Source: a virus
DNA length: 64,000 nucleotides
Reading direction: 5' to 3' (one strand)
IMG/VR virus record: IMGVR_UViG_3300043411_001575
Span: 32,001 to 96,000 of that record
Shown: positions 1-9,947 of the stretch, piece by piece
Position numbering within the stretch: the first letter of the stretch is position 1
Layout: the number at the start of each line of letters is the position of its first letter
Notes under the pieces: model-generated
Told to the model about the DNA's origin: nothing
Seen by the model: only the letters and a program-made list of their open reading frames with translations
The model's database searches: none
Translations under genes and position numbers: made by a program

Positions 1-1
1 T

Positions 2-262
2 CCTGATGAACACGCTAAAAGCAAATGGAGAGATAGTAACAAAGAAAATGAAGAGTTAAAAAAAGCTCGTGAAAGAGCAGAAAAATTAAGTAAAACCAAA
101 GATGAAACAGTAAAAAACTCTACATCTATGGAAGATTTAGAAAAGTTGAAAAAAAACGAGCAAATTCAAAGGTTAAATCAAGCTAGATTTGCTAAATTAG
201 CAGCTATATTACTAGAAGGTAAATACGTTAGGACTTACCAAACAATTGACAAAGAAAAATAA
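2..262 (+). CDS. hypothetical protein, 5'-truncated by window edge
   Basis: Open frame from base 2 to TAA 260-262, directly upstream of next ORF. Confidence 0.6.
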   Translation, partial: PDEHAKSKWRDSNKENEELKKARERAEKLSKTKDETVKNSTSMEDLEKLKKNEQIQRLNQARFAKLAAILLEGKYVRTYQTIDKEK

Positions 263-265
263 TTT

Positions 266-697
266 ATGCAAGACAATTTAAACTATACCAAAATTAAAGA
301 AAGATTCCCTTTAGCATTTGAAAAATTAGAATCGGTTGGTAAAGATAAACATGGAGATGTAAATCTAAAAGTTCGTGACAATGGAACTTTGCAATTTATT
401 GATATAGAAGGATACATATCTGAAAACTATCGTTGGCATGAGAGAATGCTTTTTGATTTTTTTGATGAGTTTCAAATTTCAGTTGAGATACAACCTTCGT
501 TTGATAGTAAGGTTAGATTTGCTCATGTTGTTTCGTATATGAATGATAGTTGTGACAAAATAATTTTTAAATCAGAAGGAGTTTGGACTCATAGAGAAAC
601 AGCGGAAAAAGAAGCTTTTGAAGCTGCGTTCAAGTGTTTAAATATACTTTTGGAAAGAGGGAAATTCAAAGACTTAAAATTAAATAAATTAATATAA
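266..697 (+). CDS. hypothetical phage protein (paralogous to 10746 and 42998)
   Basis: ORF track; shared L(F/Y)DFFD and RxxAExxAF motifs. Confidence 0.75.
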   Translation: MQDNLNYTKIKERFPLAFEKLESVGKDKHGDVNLKVRDNGTLQFIDIEGYISENYRWHERMLFDFFDEFQISVEIQPSFDSKVRFAHVVSYMNDSCDKIIFKSEGVWTHRETAEKEAFEAAFKCLNILLERGKFKDLKLNKLI

Positions 698-706
698 GAA
701 AAGTCC

Positions 707-904
707 ATGACTAAAGAAGAAAAAATTTGGAATGATGCATGCAAGGCAACATTAAAGTCAATATCAGAAGTGTTTCAGGATGAAAAATACTTAGCTAAAG
801 TTCCTAGAGAACTTGATAGCGTTGTAATAAAAGCTGTTGGCAAACAAATAATTAACTTTCCGATTCCTGAATACAAAACTAAAAAAACTAAAACGAAAAA
901 ATGA
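707..904 (+). CDS. hypothetical protein
   Basis: ORF in tightly packed operon. Confidence 0.65.
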   Translation: MTKEEKIWNDACKATLKSISEVFQDEKYLAKVPRELDSVVIKAVGKQIINFPIPEYKTKKTKTKK

Positions 905-1116
905 GTAAAGATGTAATTTTAATATGTGCTTTAATTTGGAGTATTTTGTATCCAATCGCAGCTACTCTTAACGAGACTATGAATTCTTATAGAAGAGTTA
1001 AAATTGAAGGAAAAGAACCGTATTCCGATGAGATTCATGGTACATCTCAGATTATTAATATTGTTTTATATTTATTAGGATTATCTTTATTTATTTACCT
1101 GTTAAATTTGAAATAA
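901..1116 (+). CDS. small membrane protein
   Basis: Two hydrophobic segments; ATGA overlap. Confidence 0.65.
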   Translation: MSKDVILICALIWSILYPIAATLNETMNSYRRVKIEGKEPYSDEIHGTSQIINIVLYLLGLSLFIYLLNLK

Positions 1117-1397
1117 TGAATAATACTCACTCAGCTTTTATTTCAGGTGAAATTAATGGAAGTAAATTCACTGCCTTTGTAGATGGTATTCCTGATAAGT
1201 GCGAACATGATGATAATGGAGAAATTCTTTCATTTAATGATTTAGGGCAATATTTTAAAGATAGTGAAATGCCTAATCCCAAAACTGATTATGATGCTTG
1301 GGTGGAATTTCAAGAAAAACATAAAATTAATGGAGGATGTGTTTCATGCTCTAAATGCGGAAAACCTTTTGAACCTGACTTTTTTAATATGCCATGA
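1116..1397 (+). CDS. hypothetical protein with CxxC motif
   Basis: ORF; TAATG overlap; CSKCG. Confidence 0.7.
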   Translation: MNNTHSAFISGEINGSKFTAFVDGIPDKCEHDDNGEILSFNDLGQYFKDSEMPNPKTDYDAWVEFQEKHKINGGCVSCSKCGKPFEPDFFNMP

Positions 1398-1885
1398 GTA
1401 GAATATCAGAAACATTGGATGCCGACTTAAATGCTTTAGAAATATATCTTAAATTAGGTTACACTAAAAAGGAATATAAAATGGCTTTTGAAAATATTTT
1501 TAAGACAACTCCTGCTATTGTAAATAGAGAAAAAGGAACTATTGAAATATCAAAAAGTGTTTTTTTAAATAAAGAAACTAATAACTTTATACCTATAATA
1601 ACGGAGCATGAAATAGAGCATTTTGACTTTCACGTAAGAAATAAAAAATTAAGGAGAAAACTTAGTGGGAAAAGAGTACAGGAATTTATTGATTACCTTG
1701 AAAAAAGCACTCCGAAAATGGATGAAGTTTTTAATAAATTTCGGGCAAAAATTGAAAACAAAAACATATACTACGACTTTAAATTCAATTACTATATTGA
1801 TAGGTACAAGAAAATATTTTGGTTTAAATTATTAATAAATAAGTTAAAAAATAAAGCATGTTCAATTTTCTCAAGAAAAAAATAA
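1394..1885 (+). CDS. hypothetical protein
   Basis: ORF; ATGA overlap. Confidence 0.65.
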   Translation: MSRISETLDADLNALEIYLKLGYTKKEYKMAFENIFKTTPAIVNREKGTIEISKSVFLNKETNNFIPIITEHEIEHFDFHVRNKKLRRKLSGKRVQEFIDYLEKSTPKMDEVFNKFRAKIENKNIYYDFKFNYYIDRYKKIFWFKLLINKLKNKACSIFSRKK

Positions 1886-2244
1886 AAGTAAATAATCCTG
1901 ATAATAAATCAGTTTCAGGTGTAGGCTCTTATAATCAATTTTTAATTGATAGAGATTCATTTCGTTCTAAATTAGCTCAAAAAATTCAAGATGATAAAAT
2001 ATCTATTGACATAATAAAAGAAGCTAACAGGTGTTTTCAGGAATGGTTAAATACACCAACTACAAGAATAGCAGGGAAGGATTTGAGACTTTGGATAATT
2101 GTACCTAGAAACATTTATCCTGTGTATTATATACATGATTATGAATCTGCTAAATTTAGAAAAACAGGTATAAGTAAATTAATAAGTGAAGAGTTTCATA
2201 AGCTTATGATTAAACATGAAGAAAAACAATTAATAAACAAATAA
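1858..2244 (+). CDS. hypothetical protein
   Basis: ORF in operon. Confidence 0.65.
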   Translation: MFNFLKKKIKVNNPDNKSVSGVGSYNQFLIDRDSFRSKLAQKIQDDKISIDIIKEANRCFQEWLNTPTTRIAGKDLRLWIIVPRNIYPVYYIHDYESAKFRKTGISKLISEEFHKLMIKHEEKQLINK

Positions 2245-2256
2245 AAAAAAGAAAAC

Positions 2257-2703
2257 ATGAGAAGAATGACAGCAACAGGCAACATCGTAAAAGATGCTGA
2301 AGTAAAGAATGTAAATGGAAGCAACGTAATTCAATTTACAGTTTGCGTAAACGAAAAATTCAACGATAAACAAGGTAACAAGCAAGAGAACGCTTACTAC
2401 TATGATTGTTCTATTTGGCGTGATGACACAAATGTATCAAAGTACATGAAAAAAGGAGTAAAAATGCTTGTAGAAGGTACTCCCGAAGTAAATCAATGGA
2501 CTGATAAAGACGGAAAGCCAAGAGCAGGAATTAGAATACGTGTTTCTATGTGGGAATTTTTGAGTAGTTCAAATAACAATAATACTCAAGCAGCAGCAAC
2601 AACTACTAATGCACAATCTAGTAATGGTAATTCAGGAATGCAGCAAAACACAGGGTTTACAAATCAAGGTTCTGCACAAGACGGAAGCGATATGCCGTTT
2701 TAA
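2257..2703 (+). CDS. ssb: single-stranded DNA-binding protein
   Basis: OB-fold pattern (GNIVKDAE...YMKKGVKMLVEG), Q/N/G-rich linker, acidic DMPF tail. Confidence 0.95.
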   Translation: MRRMTATGNIVKDAEVKNVNGSNVIQFTVCVNEKFNDKQGNKQENAYYYDCSIWRDDTNVSKYMKKGVKMLVEGTPEVNQWTDKDGKPRAGIRIRVSMWEFLSSSNNNNTQAAATTTNAQSSNGNSGMQQNTGFTNQGSAQDGSDMPF

Positions 2704-2757
2704 AATGGTAGCGTTAAAATAAAACTACCTTTCTAAAAATAAATTAAATTAAAAAAA

Positions 2758-3231
2758 ATGGAAGCAACACACAAAAACATAAAATACAAATTATTTTGGA
2801 ATGGCTTATTTAGCAATTGGCACGAGTGCTACTTCACTGATAACAACATAATGTTTAATTGTGGTGAGCAATACATGATGTATCAAAAAGCAATTACATT
2901 CGGGGACAATGAAACGGCAAATAAAATACTAAAAGAACTATCTCCTAGAAAACAGAAAGAACTTGGGAGACAAGTGAAAAATTTCAATCCTAAAGTTTGG
3001 GACTCTTTAAAGTATATCATAGTTAAAAATGGATTAACCGAAAAGTTCAATCAAAATCCTGAATTTAAAGATTATCTTTTAAAATATAAAGGATATGTTT
3101 TAGTAGAGGCATCTCCTTATGATAGAATTTGGGGCATTGGTTTTTATGACTATGAAGCTATTCAAAACATAGATAATTGGGGAGAAAACTTACTTGGTAA
3201 AATACTAACTGAATTAGCAATGGAATTATGA
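2758..3231 (+). CDS. NADAR/YbiA family N-glycosidase
   Basis: FSNW, EQYMMYQKA, KELGRQV, LVEASPYDRIWGIG, GENLLGKIL motifs. Confidence 0.92.
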   Translation: MEATHKNIKYKLFWNGLFSNWHECYFTDNNIMFNCGEQYMMYQKAITFGDNETANKILKELSPRKQKELGRQVKNFNPKVWDSLKYIIVKNGLTEKFNQNPEFKDYLLKYKGYVLVEASPYDRIWGIGFYDYEAIQNIDNWGENLLGKILTELAMEL

Positions 3232-3605
3232 TTACAAAAATCTTAAAAAATATAACTAAGTTTTTAGATAAAGTAAATCAATGGTTTGATGAGCAACAGA
3301 AATGCGAAATAATGAATGTTGAATATAATTTGGAGACAGATTATATTCACTGCATAGGTTGGGATGGTAAAATTATTTATCCTTTTTGTGGCAAATTTTC
3401 TTTGGAACTTTGGAGCGAGATTACCAAGTGGTCTCGCTTAACCAAGTTTCCATACACATTGATTTATATCTATGCAGGAAATGATAGAAAACACTTGGCT
3501 TATAGAGAACCGATTGAAGATTATTTAAAAGATGTAAGCCTTTTAAAAACAGGAAATGGTTATCATTATGGTAGCGAAAAAGTCTATAAACACAACTTAA
3601 TGTAA
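3228..3605 (+). CDS. hypothetical protein
   Basis: ORF; ATGA overlap. Confidence 0.65.
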   Translation: MITKILKNITKFLDKVNQWFDEQQKCEIMNVEYNLETDYIHCIGWDGKIIYPFCGKFSLELWSEITKWSRLTKFPYTLIYIYAGNDRKHLAYREPIEDYLKDVSLLKTGNGYHYGSEKVYKHNLM

Positions 3606-3618
3606 CTATTTTTATCAT

Positions 3619-3690
3619 TGTTAATAAGTTTATTACTATTTTGTTGCATAGTAAAAACAGAGTTGTTATTTTTGCAACAATACGGTCAAA
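3619..3690 (+). promoter_or_regulatory. Bacteroidota-type promoter with TGTTAATAA upstream box and CGGTCAAA downstream box
   Basis: TGTTAATAA 3619, TATTTTTG 3667-3674, CGGTCA 3683; architecture recurs elsewhere. Confidence 0.7.
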
Positions 3691-3729
3691 TATTTTATTA
3701 ATGGAGCATTCAAAAACATTTTTATTTCA

Positions 3730-4113
3730 ATGGAAATAGCTATTCTTAAAAAAATAAGGGAGAAGCTACGCATTGATTTTCCTGATGAATGGATTGAAAA
3801 TTCTGAGATTAAGTTTTTGGAATATAAAGGCGGTCAGTATGTTTTAGTTTCAGAAAAGATTGTCCATATATATTACAAAATAAAGAGTGATGACCAATTT
3901 GAACAAGGTTACATAATAGCGGAACAAACAGATATTCCTGATGAACTGAAAGCTTTATTTTTAGAAGCTAGTAACGTTTTTGAAGAGAAAGAATTCGACC
4001 CATTAGAAGTTCCATGCAGAAGGTCATTTTTATACGAAGATATGGTTGATAGAGGCGAGTTATTAGGAGATGAACTTTTAGAAAAACACGGATTATCAAA
4101 AAAGCAAAAATAA
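3730..4113 (+). CDS. hypothetical protein
   Basis: ORF after promoter. Confidence 0.7.
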   Translation: MEIAILKKIREKLRIDFPDEWIENSEIKFLEYKGGQYVLVSEKIVHIYYKIKSDDQFEQGYIIAEQTDIPDELKALFLEASNVFEEKEFDPLEVPCRRSFLYEDMVDRGELLGDELLEKHGLSKKQK

Positions 4114-4117
4114 GAAA

Positions 4118-4843
4118 ATGAACTACAAGTTAATACATAACCAAGAGGAACTACAAAAGTTTGTTGACTTCCTACCTGAGCTTAATCCAAATGAAGGTTA
4201 CTTTATTATTCTTATTGCTCGTAAAAAATGGTTTCCTGAAAGTGGAATAGCTTCTGCGCATAAATTAAGAAGAGAAACTGTTGGCAGAAAAGATAAGATT
4301 ATCCCTACTATTAAACAATGGGAAATTGAAGAAAGTGGCTATGATAGTAATGGCACTCCTATTGATATTAAAAACTTAGGTGTTTATATTGGATTTAACC
4401 CTAAGAATCAACACAAAGCTTGTTTTGAGTTAATCAATCAATGCCTAGAGGCTATTAAGTCAAATAAAGAAAATATCAATGTTAAGTCAATGGCTAACGA
4501 TGTTATTCAAGGCTCTAATGGAACTAAAAACTTTATTGATGTAGACGTTGATATTAAAGAAGATGAAAATTACTTAGATATTGTTTCCTACATCAAAGAT
4601 TTGATTAATCCTAGCAGACTAACTTTTATCAAAACAAATGGAGGATTTCATGCCCTTATCAATTTAATTAAATGTGAAGGAGAAGGTAGAATGATGGAGC
4701 TATCTCCTAATCATGGGAATCAATGGTATCAAAAATTACAAAATCATCCTTTTAAAAGTGAATTAAATATCATGAGTAATGACTTAGTTCCTGTTGTAGG
4801 ATGCAATCAGGGTAAGTATATTCCGCATTTTTTAAACGATTAA
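4118..4843 (+). CDS. hypothetical protein, possible AEP/primpol-like fold
   Basis: FIDVDVD and KTNGGFH resemble AEP motifs I and II. Confidence 0.5.
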   Translation: MNYKLIHNQEELQKFVDFLPELNPNEGYFIILIARKKWFPESGIASAHKLRRETVGRKDKIIPTIKQWEIEESGYDSNGTPIDIKNLGVYIGFNPKNQHKACFELINQCLEAIKSNKENINVKSMANDVIQGSNGTKNFIDVDVDIKEDENYLDIVSYIKDLINPSRLTFIKTNGGFHALINLIKCEGEGRMMELSPNHGNQWYQKLQNHPFKSELNIMSNDLVPVVGCNQGKYIPHFLND

Positions 4844-4853
4844 AACAAATAAA

Positions 4854-5549
4854 ATGGAACAGAATTTAGATTTTTTAGAATTTCCAAAGATGGCTAGACT
4901 GTCGAGAGAAATGATTATTACAGAAAAAATAGATGGTACTAATTCTCAAATTTTCATTTGGGATGAAGAAAAAGATATTAAGATGCTAGATGGTACTATA
5001 CAAAAAAAAGGTAAAAGACCTGACAATATTCCTTTTATATACTCAGATGGTAATTTTCATATTGCAACAGGTAGTAGAACCCGTTGGATTACACCAAAGG
5101 ATGACAATTATGGTTTTTCAAAATGGGTATTTGAAAATTCAGGAAAATTAATTGAACTAAATGACGGGAGACATTTTGGTGAATGGTGGGGAAGCGGTGT
5201 ACAAAGAGGATACGGATTACAGAAAGGCGATAAAAGATTTTCACTATTTAATGTTAGTAGATGGGCATTGCATGGAACACAGCCTAAATTAATTCCAAAT
5301 TCTGACCCAACAATTGAAAAGTTTCAGGATGTACTCCCTGAAATTTGTTCACTCGTTCCTGAACTTTATAGAGGTCAATTTGATACTCAAAAGATTAATG
5401 AAGTGTTAGAAGACTTGAAGATTAATGGTAGTTATGCTTCAAAAGGGTTTATGAAGCCTGAAGGAATTATAACGTTCCATGTTGCTGCAAACATTGGATT
5501 TAAAAAGACTATTGAAAAAGATGAAATACCTAAATCATTAGTCAGATAA
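4854..5549 (+). CDS. ATP-dependent RNA ligase (Rnl2-like)
   Basis: Motif I TEKIDGTN, GEWWG, EGII, terminal KK. Confidence 0.85.
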   Translation: MEQNLDFLEFPKMARLSREMIITEKIDGTNSQIFIWDEEKDIKMLDGTIQKKGKRPDNIPFIYSDGNFHIATGSRTRWITPKDDNYGFSKWVFENSGKLIELNDGRHFGEWWGSGVQRGYGLQKGDKRFSLFNVSRWALHGTQPKLIPNSDPTIEKFQDVLPEICSLVPELYRGQFDTQKINEVLEDLKINGSYASKGFMKPEGIITFHVAANIGFKKTIEKDEIPKSLVR

Positions 5550-6149
5550 ATGAGTTTATTTGAAAAACATAAATCAATAATTGAAGGAAACGTACCTTTT
5601 GGAGTTGTTATTGAGAACAACACCAACAAGGATGCTTATGTTGATTTTTTTGGTGTAGAAGATACTTATGGGTCTTATAGATGGAATAATGAAAGGGAAT
5701 ACAATTCTCATGGAATAAAAGTTTATCCACTGTATAGAGATATGTATCTTTCAGATATGACAATGTTAATGAATTACATATCATCGAAGGGAGCTATTTT
5801 AGTTGATGTAACTAAATTTCAATCATCAACATCTTTTAATTTAGAAAAAAAATATAGTATTAATATTAGAAAACATGACGCATCAGGATTTATACATACT
5901 CTTCCTATGGAAATAGAGAGTAATGAAGATGGCTCATTGTATACTAAAAAACTTAATAAAAAAATTTTAATTGATATGCACACTTCATTTGGAATGACTA
6001 TCGATAAGTATACAGATATGATTATAAAATTTTATCCGCATAAAATGGAAGAAGTATTTTTTAGTAGTAGTTTTTACAATAATATTAAAAACGAAGATAT
6101 AGAAAAACTAAACAAAGAAAAGAGAAAAAGAATTCGAATAATAATTTAA
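5550..6149 (+). CDS. hypothetical protein
   Basis: ORF abutting ligase. Confidence 0.7.
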   Translation: MSLFEKHKSIIEGNVPFGVVIENNTNKDAYVDFFGVEDTYGSYRWNNEREYNSHGIKVYPLYRDMYLSDMTMLMNYISSKGAILVDVTKFQSSTSFNLEKKYSINIRKHDASGFIHTLPMEIESNEDGSLYTKKLNKKILIDMHTSFGMTIDKYTDMIIKFYPHKMEEVFFSSSFYNNIKNEDIEKLNKEKRKRIRIII

Positions 6150-6176
6150 AAATAACAAACCAAAAAAAACAGCAAA

Positions 6177-6524
6177 ATGTCAAAAACAGCAACAAAAAAA
6201 GCAAAAGGAAACGAGTTAACAACTATAGTTGATTTAAACCGTATCCAAAATTTATCTTTCGATAACATCTACAACATGGATGAGAAAGAATTATCAAAAC
6301 AAAACTCATATAACCAAAAGAAGATTGGTAAAATGGGGCAGTTGAAAGCGAAAATTATTGATATGCAAAACAGAATTGCAAAATGTGAGCAGCAATTCAC
6401 TGTTTCTTTAACTGACCCTACAATGGACAGTGTTGAATTGCGTATTCAAATTGAATGCTACCAAAAAGAAAAGGAAGTTGCAACTACCTTACTTAAATCT
6501 TTATTTCCTGAAGAATTTGCTTAA
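6177..6524 (+). CDS. hypothetical coiled-coil protein
   Basis: ORF with A-rich leader. Confidence 0.7.
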   Translation: MSKTATKKAKGNELTTIVDLNRIQNLSFDNIYNMDEKELSKQNSYNQKKIGKMGQLKAKIIDMQNRIAKCEQQFTVSLTDPTMDSVELRIQIECYQKEKEVATTLLKSLFPEEFA

Positions 6525-6621
6525 CTATTAAAATAATTAGTTATAAAAAAAATAACGTAAATAATTTTGTAAATAACATTATTTACGTTATTTTTACAAT
6601 CAGTAAATAAAACTAAAAAAA

Positions 6622-7317
6622 ATGCTGATATATAAAATAACAAATAAAATAAATGGTAAAATATACATTGGATTAACTTCAAAAAAAGATATTACTAATT
6701 ATTGGGGGAGTGGAAAAATAATTATGAAATCCATAAAAAAATATGGAATACATAATTTTACAAAGGAAATTTTAGAATTTTGTGATTCTCAAGAAAAATT
6801 AAACGAAAGAGAAATACATTGGATAGATAAATTAAAGAAGGATGGGTATTCTCTTTATAACATTTCAAATGGTGGAAATGGAGGTAATCTTGGGGAAGAG
6901 GTTAATAAACTAATAAGCGATGCTGTTAAAGGAGAAAAGCATCGATTGTTTGGTAAACAAAATCTTAGCAGAAAAGGTAAAGGAGCTTGGAATAAAGGTA
7001 AAAAGAATGTTTACTCAGATGAAACTATAAATAAAATGAAAAAACCAAAAACAGAAGAGCATAGAAAAGCTCTTTCAGTTTCACATTCAGGAAAAATAAT
7101 ATCCGAAGAGCATAAAAAATCTCTTTCAATAGCTTTTTCAGGTGAAAAAAATCCAAGATGTAAAAAAATTGAAGTAGAAACAATATTTGGCGAAAAAATT
7201 AATTTTGAATTTATTTCTCAATTTTTAAATGAACATAAAATTTCTTGGTATTTATTTAGAAATTTAGAAAAAGGGAAAATAGTTAAAATTTTTAAGTCTG
7301 TAAAATATTTAAAATGA
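6622..7317 (+). CDS. GIY-YIG homing endonuclease with NUMOD3 repeats
   Basis: LIYKITNKINGKIYIG, YWGSG, YNI..GG, S/TEEH(K/R)K repeats. Confidence 0.92.
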   Translation: MLIYKITNKINGKIYIGLTSKKDITNYWGSGKIIMKSIKKYGIHNFTKEILEFCDSQEKLNEREIHWIDKLKKDGYSLYNISNGGNGGNLGEEVNKLISDAVKGEKHRLFGKQNLSRKGKGAWNKGKKNVYSDETINKMKKPKTEEHRKALSVSHSGKIISEEHKKSLSIAFSGEKNPRCKKIEVETIFGEKINFEFISQFLNEHKISWYLFRNLEKGKIVKIFKSVKYLK

Positions 7318-7730
7318 AAAAAAACAAATATTCTTATTTTAAAATAGCACTTCCAATGTATTTATTTGGAGTATTTATTTCACTTATTATTTTTATATTA
7401 AATCAAAACTATTATTGTTTTTTGTTTTCCACAATTGGATTTATTTTTCACTTTATATTATTAGGATATAAAAGTCCATTTCAGAAAAAACTGCAAATAT
7501 TAAGTGATAGAATGAATATGTGTATAAATGAATCAGACCCTAAAAAAGAAGCAATAATGCTATCTATAGTGGCAATGAGAAATGCAAATACTTGTGCAGC
7601 AGAATCAAATATTGATAAAGAAAATAAACATCATTGGATGTTTTTGTGCTTATTTTACGATAAACTAAGTAAAATACATAGAGAAAGTTTTTACGAATTA
7701 AATAGCAAAAAACAATGCGAACAGTATTAA
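7314..7730 (+). CDS. membrane protein
   Basis: Two N-terminal hydrophobic helices. Confidence 0.65.
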   Translation: MKKNKYSYFKIALPMYLFGVFISLIIFILNQNYYCFLFSTIGFIFHFILLGYKSPFQKKLQILSDRMNMCINESDPKKEAIMLSIVAMRNANTCAAESNIDKENKHHWMFLCLFYDKLSKIHRESFYELNSKKQCEQY

Positions 7731-8203
7731 GAAACAGAACCGACTACTCTGAACTAGAACAAGAGGCTATACATAAGTACCATTATTGTAATGATGAAGT
7801 ATTTAAAGAGTTTTTCCATACACTTTCAAAAAAGGATTCACTCATAGTATCAAGAGTACTTAATATCGGTATTTATAATTTGAATTTTAGCAGCATTGAA
7901 TACACTATAAAATACATGCCATCAGAGATTATGTTTACAAAACAAACATCAGATGTAACAGTTAATCATCACTTTAAATTTGAAATTACTATTGAAGGGC
8001 ATCAAATGGTAATGGGCTATAAGCACTACTTATCAGAAATACCTGAAAATGAAATAGGAGGAACTACAGATATTTGGTGCAATCCATTCGAAGGGGATAA
8101 GATTTCTAATTACCTTATTTCAAAAAAGGTTTCAGCTATTGATTATAGAGATGGGCTGATTAGTATTTATGAGTTCTTAATTGAAAATAACATAATCAAA
8201 TAA
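7715..8203 (+). CDS. hypothetical protein
   Basis: ORF in operon. Confidence 0.7.
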   Translation: MRTVLRNRTDYSELEQEAIHKYHYCNDEVFKEFFHTLSKKDSLIVSRVLNIGIYNLNFSSIEYTIKYMPSEIMFTKQTSDVTVNHHFKFEITIEGHQMVMGYKHYLSEIPENEIGGTTDIWCNPFEGDKISNYLISKKVSAIDYRDGLISIYEFLIENNIIK

Positions 8204-8204
8204 A

Positions 8205-8537
8205 ATGAAGCCGAAATTTAGAATAATAGAAAAGACAACCTTATCAGGAAAAAAGATATTTGTTCCTCAAGTTGGAATATGGGAAGAGACTCATATTACA
8301 GGAATTCTTTGGTGGAAAGAGTCTAACTATGCATACGTTTATTATGGATTAAAACCTCAGCCTAGCTCTATAGTTATTGATTTTAACACTAAATACACAA
8401 CAAGAGGTCATGGTTTTGAATCTACTTCTGAAGCTATGATTTTTCTTAATGAATTTAAGGAAATATTATTAAATCAGTATGAGAAAGATAAAGACAGATT
8501 ATTTCAAGAAGAAATTAAAATAATTGACGTAGAATAA
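8205..8537 (+). CDS. hypothetical protein
   Basis: ORF in operon. Confidence 0.7.
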   Translation: MKPKFRIIEKTTLSGKKIFVPQVGIWEETHITGILWWKESNYAYVYYGLKPQPSSIVIDFNTKYTTRGHGFESTSEAMIFLNEFKEILLNQYEKDKDRLFQEEIKIIDVE

Positions 8538-9076
8538 TGAGCAATTCATTTATACATAGATTAAGATTAGCAGTAAAGGAGGCTTTAACTAATCCTAAAA
8601 AAATATCTTCAAGGGAGGCGGCAAAGCAAATGGATATTAGCGCAGCTACTTTTTGTAGGTTTCAAAAGGGAGATTTGAGCATGGATGCTTCTACTCTTAT
8701 TAAAATTTGTGTTTGGCTAAGCTCTAAAACTAAATCAGAATTATCTATTGATGATTTTACAGAAGAAAATAATCCAACATACATTGATGTTAAGTTTAAC
8801 GAATCCGAAGAAAGAGATATTTACAACACAATAGAAACTATAAATAAAGCTGTAAACACAGATAGTTTTTCAGGATTATTTTCAGTAAAAGAAAAAATAT
8901 ATTCATACGTTACTATTGAAGGAATTAAAACTAAAATACTAAAAGAGGTTTGCAGAAGACTTGAATTATATGGGAAATGGGAAACGAAATTAATTAGTTT
9001 AAACTCTGATTCTTTTCCTAATAATTCAAATGGAATATGCTTGTTTAAAGAAAAATTTAATACAGATTTAAAATGA
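8537..9076 (+). CDS. XRE-type helix-turn-helix protein
   Basis: SSREAAKQMDISAATFCRFQKG...TLIKIC. Confidence 0.75.
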   Translation: MSNSFIHRLRLAVKEALTNPKKISSREAAKQMDISAATFCRFQKGDLSMDASTLIKICVWLSSKTKSELSIDDFTEENNPTYIDVKFNESEERDIYNTIETINKAVNTDSFSGLFSVKEKIYSYVTIEGIKTKILKEVCRRLELYGKWETKLISLNSDSFPNNSNGICLFKEKFNTDLK

Positions 9077-9450
9077 AAAAAATTGAACTAATAGGAGTAA
9101 TGAATTTATCTTCAAACCTTGTTACTTGGCTCAGAGGAGATAAAAGAGATGTTCCATCAGAAACAATCGTTAGCGCATTAACAGGTGTAATGATTATTCA
9201 GAAAGGAAGCCATCCAACTACCTATGAAAATTTTGAATGCATATTCGATTTAATGGAAAAAGAGCCGCTTGTAAGAACTAACTTTCACTTATTGAAATTT
9301 TTAGATAGAAATTGGAAAGTAATATCTGAAAACATAAATCAGATTGAAGAAATGTTTAAAGAGTGTTATTCTTTAAAAGATATTAATCCGAATAGTTATC
9401 TACTTGAGGTTATAGAGTTTAATGAAATGATTAAAAAACTTTTAAAATAA
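9073..9450 (+). CDS. hypothetical protein
   Basis: ORF; ATGA overlap. Confidence 0.7.
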   Translation: MKKIELIGVMNLSSNLVTWLRGDKRDVPSETIVSALTGVMIIQKGSHPTTYENFECIFDLMEKEPLVRTNFHLLKFLDRNWKVISENINQIEEMFKECYSLKDINPNSYLLEVIEFNEMIKKLLK

Positions 9451-9455
9451 ACAAC

Positions 9456-9944
9456 ATGTTAAACAAAAGCAAAAAAGGATTACTTATTTTTGATAATTTT
9501 AGAGTAGACTACAATTTACCTAAATACAAGAAAAATAGTAAAGAAGAACAGGAATCAACGCCAAATGAAATTGGATTTATTAATATGGATTCTGATGAAT
9601 TTGATGCAGTTGCGGTTGGAGGATGGGGGTCATTTTTTTTCCAATATGTAACAAGAGATAATTATTCATTCTGTATGAAATGTACATACGCAGAATATGA
9701 AATAGACGGGGAGATTGTGGGTATAGACATATTCAAAGACCCTATTACCGATTCAGGAATGAAAAAATCAGCTCGTGGATTAACGGCAGTTTTTAAAGAT
9801 GAAAATGGTGAATACTACTTAAAAGACCAAGCCACTTGGGAAGAAATTAATAACTGTGAATTAAAAACGGTATTTAAAGATGGTAAAATCCTACATGAAA
9901 CTACACTAACTGAAATTCGTGAGCGAATCAAGCAAAACATGTAA
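9456..9944 (+). CDS. C-terminal fragment of nicotinamide phosphoribosyltransferase (NAMPT-like) on an unrelated N-terminus
   Basis: GSFFFQYVTRDNYSFCMKCT, IFKDPITDSGMKKSARG, VFKDGK...TLTEIRER match the NAMPT C-terminus; only 162 aa. Confidence 0.75.
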   Translation: MLNKSKKGLLIFDNFRVDYNLPKYKKNSKEEQESTPNEIGFINMDSDEFDAVAVGGWGSFFFQYVTRDNYSFCMKCTYAEYEIDGEIVGIDIFKDPITDSGMKKSARGLTAVFKDENGEYYLKDQATWEEINNCELKTVFKDGKILHETTLTEIRERIKQNM

Positions 9945-9947
9945 CCA

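Noticed and set aside
6550-6594. Inverted repeat upstream of the GIY-YIG gene as a transposon end
   Set aside because: Single AT-rich hairpin with no partner end or transposase; more likely a terminator or operator
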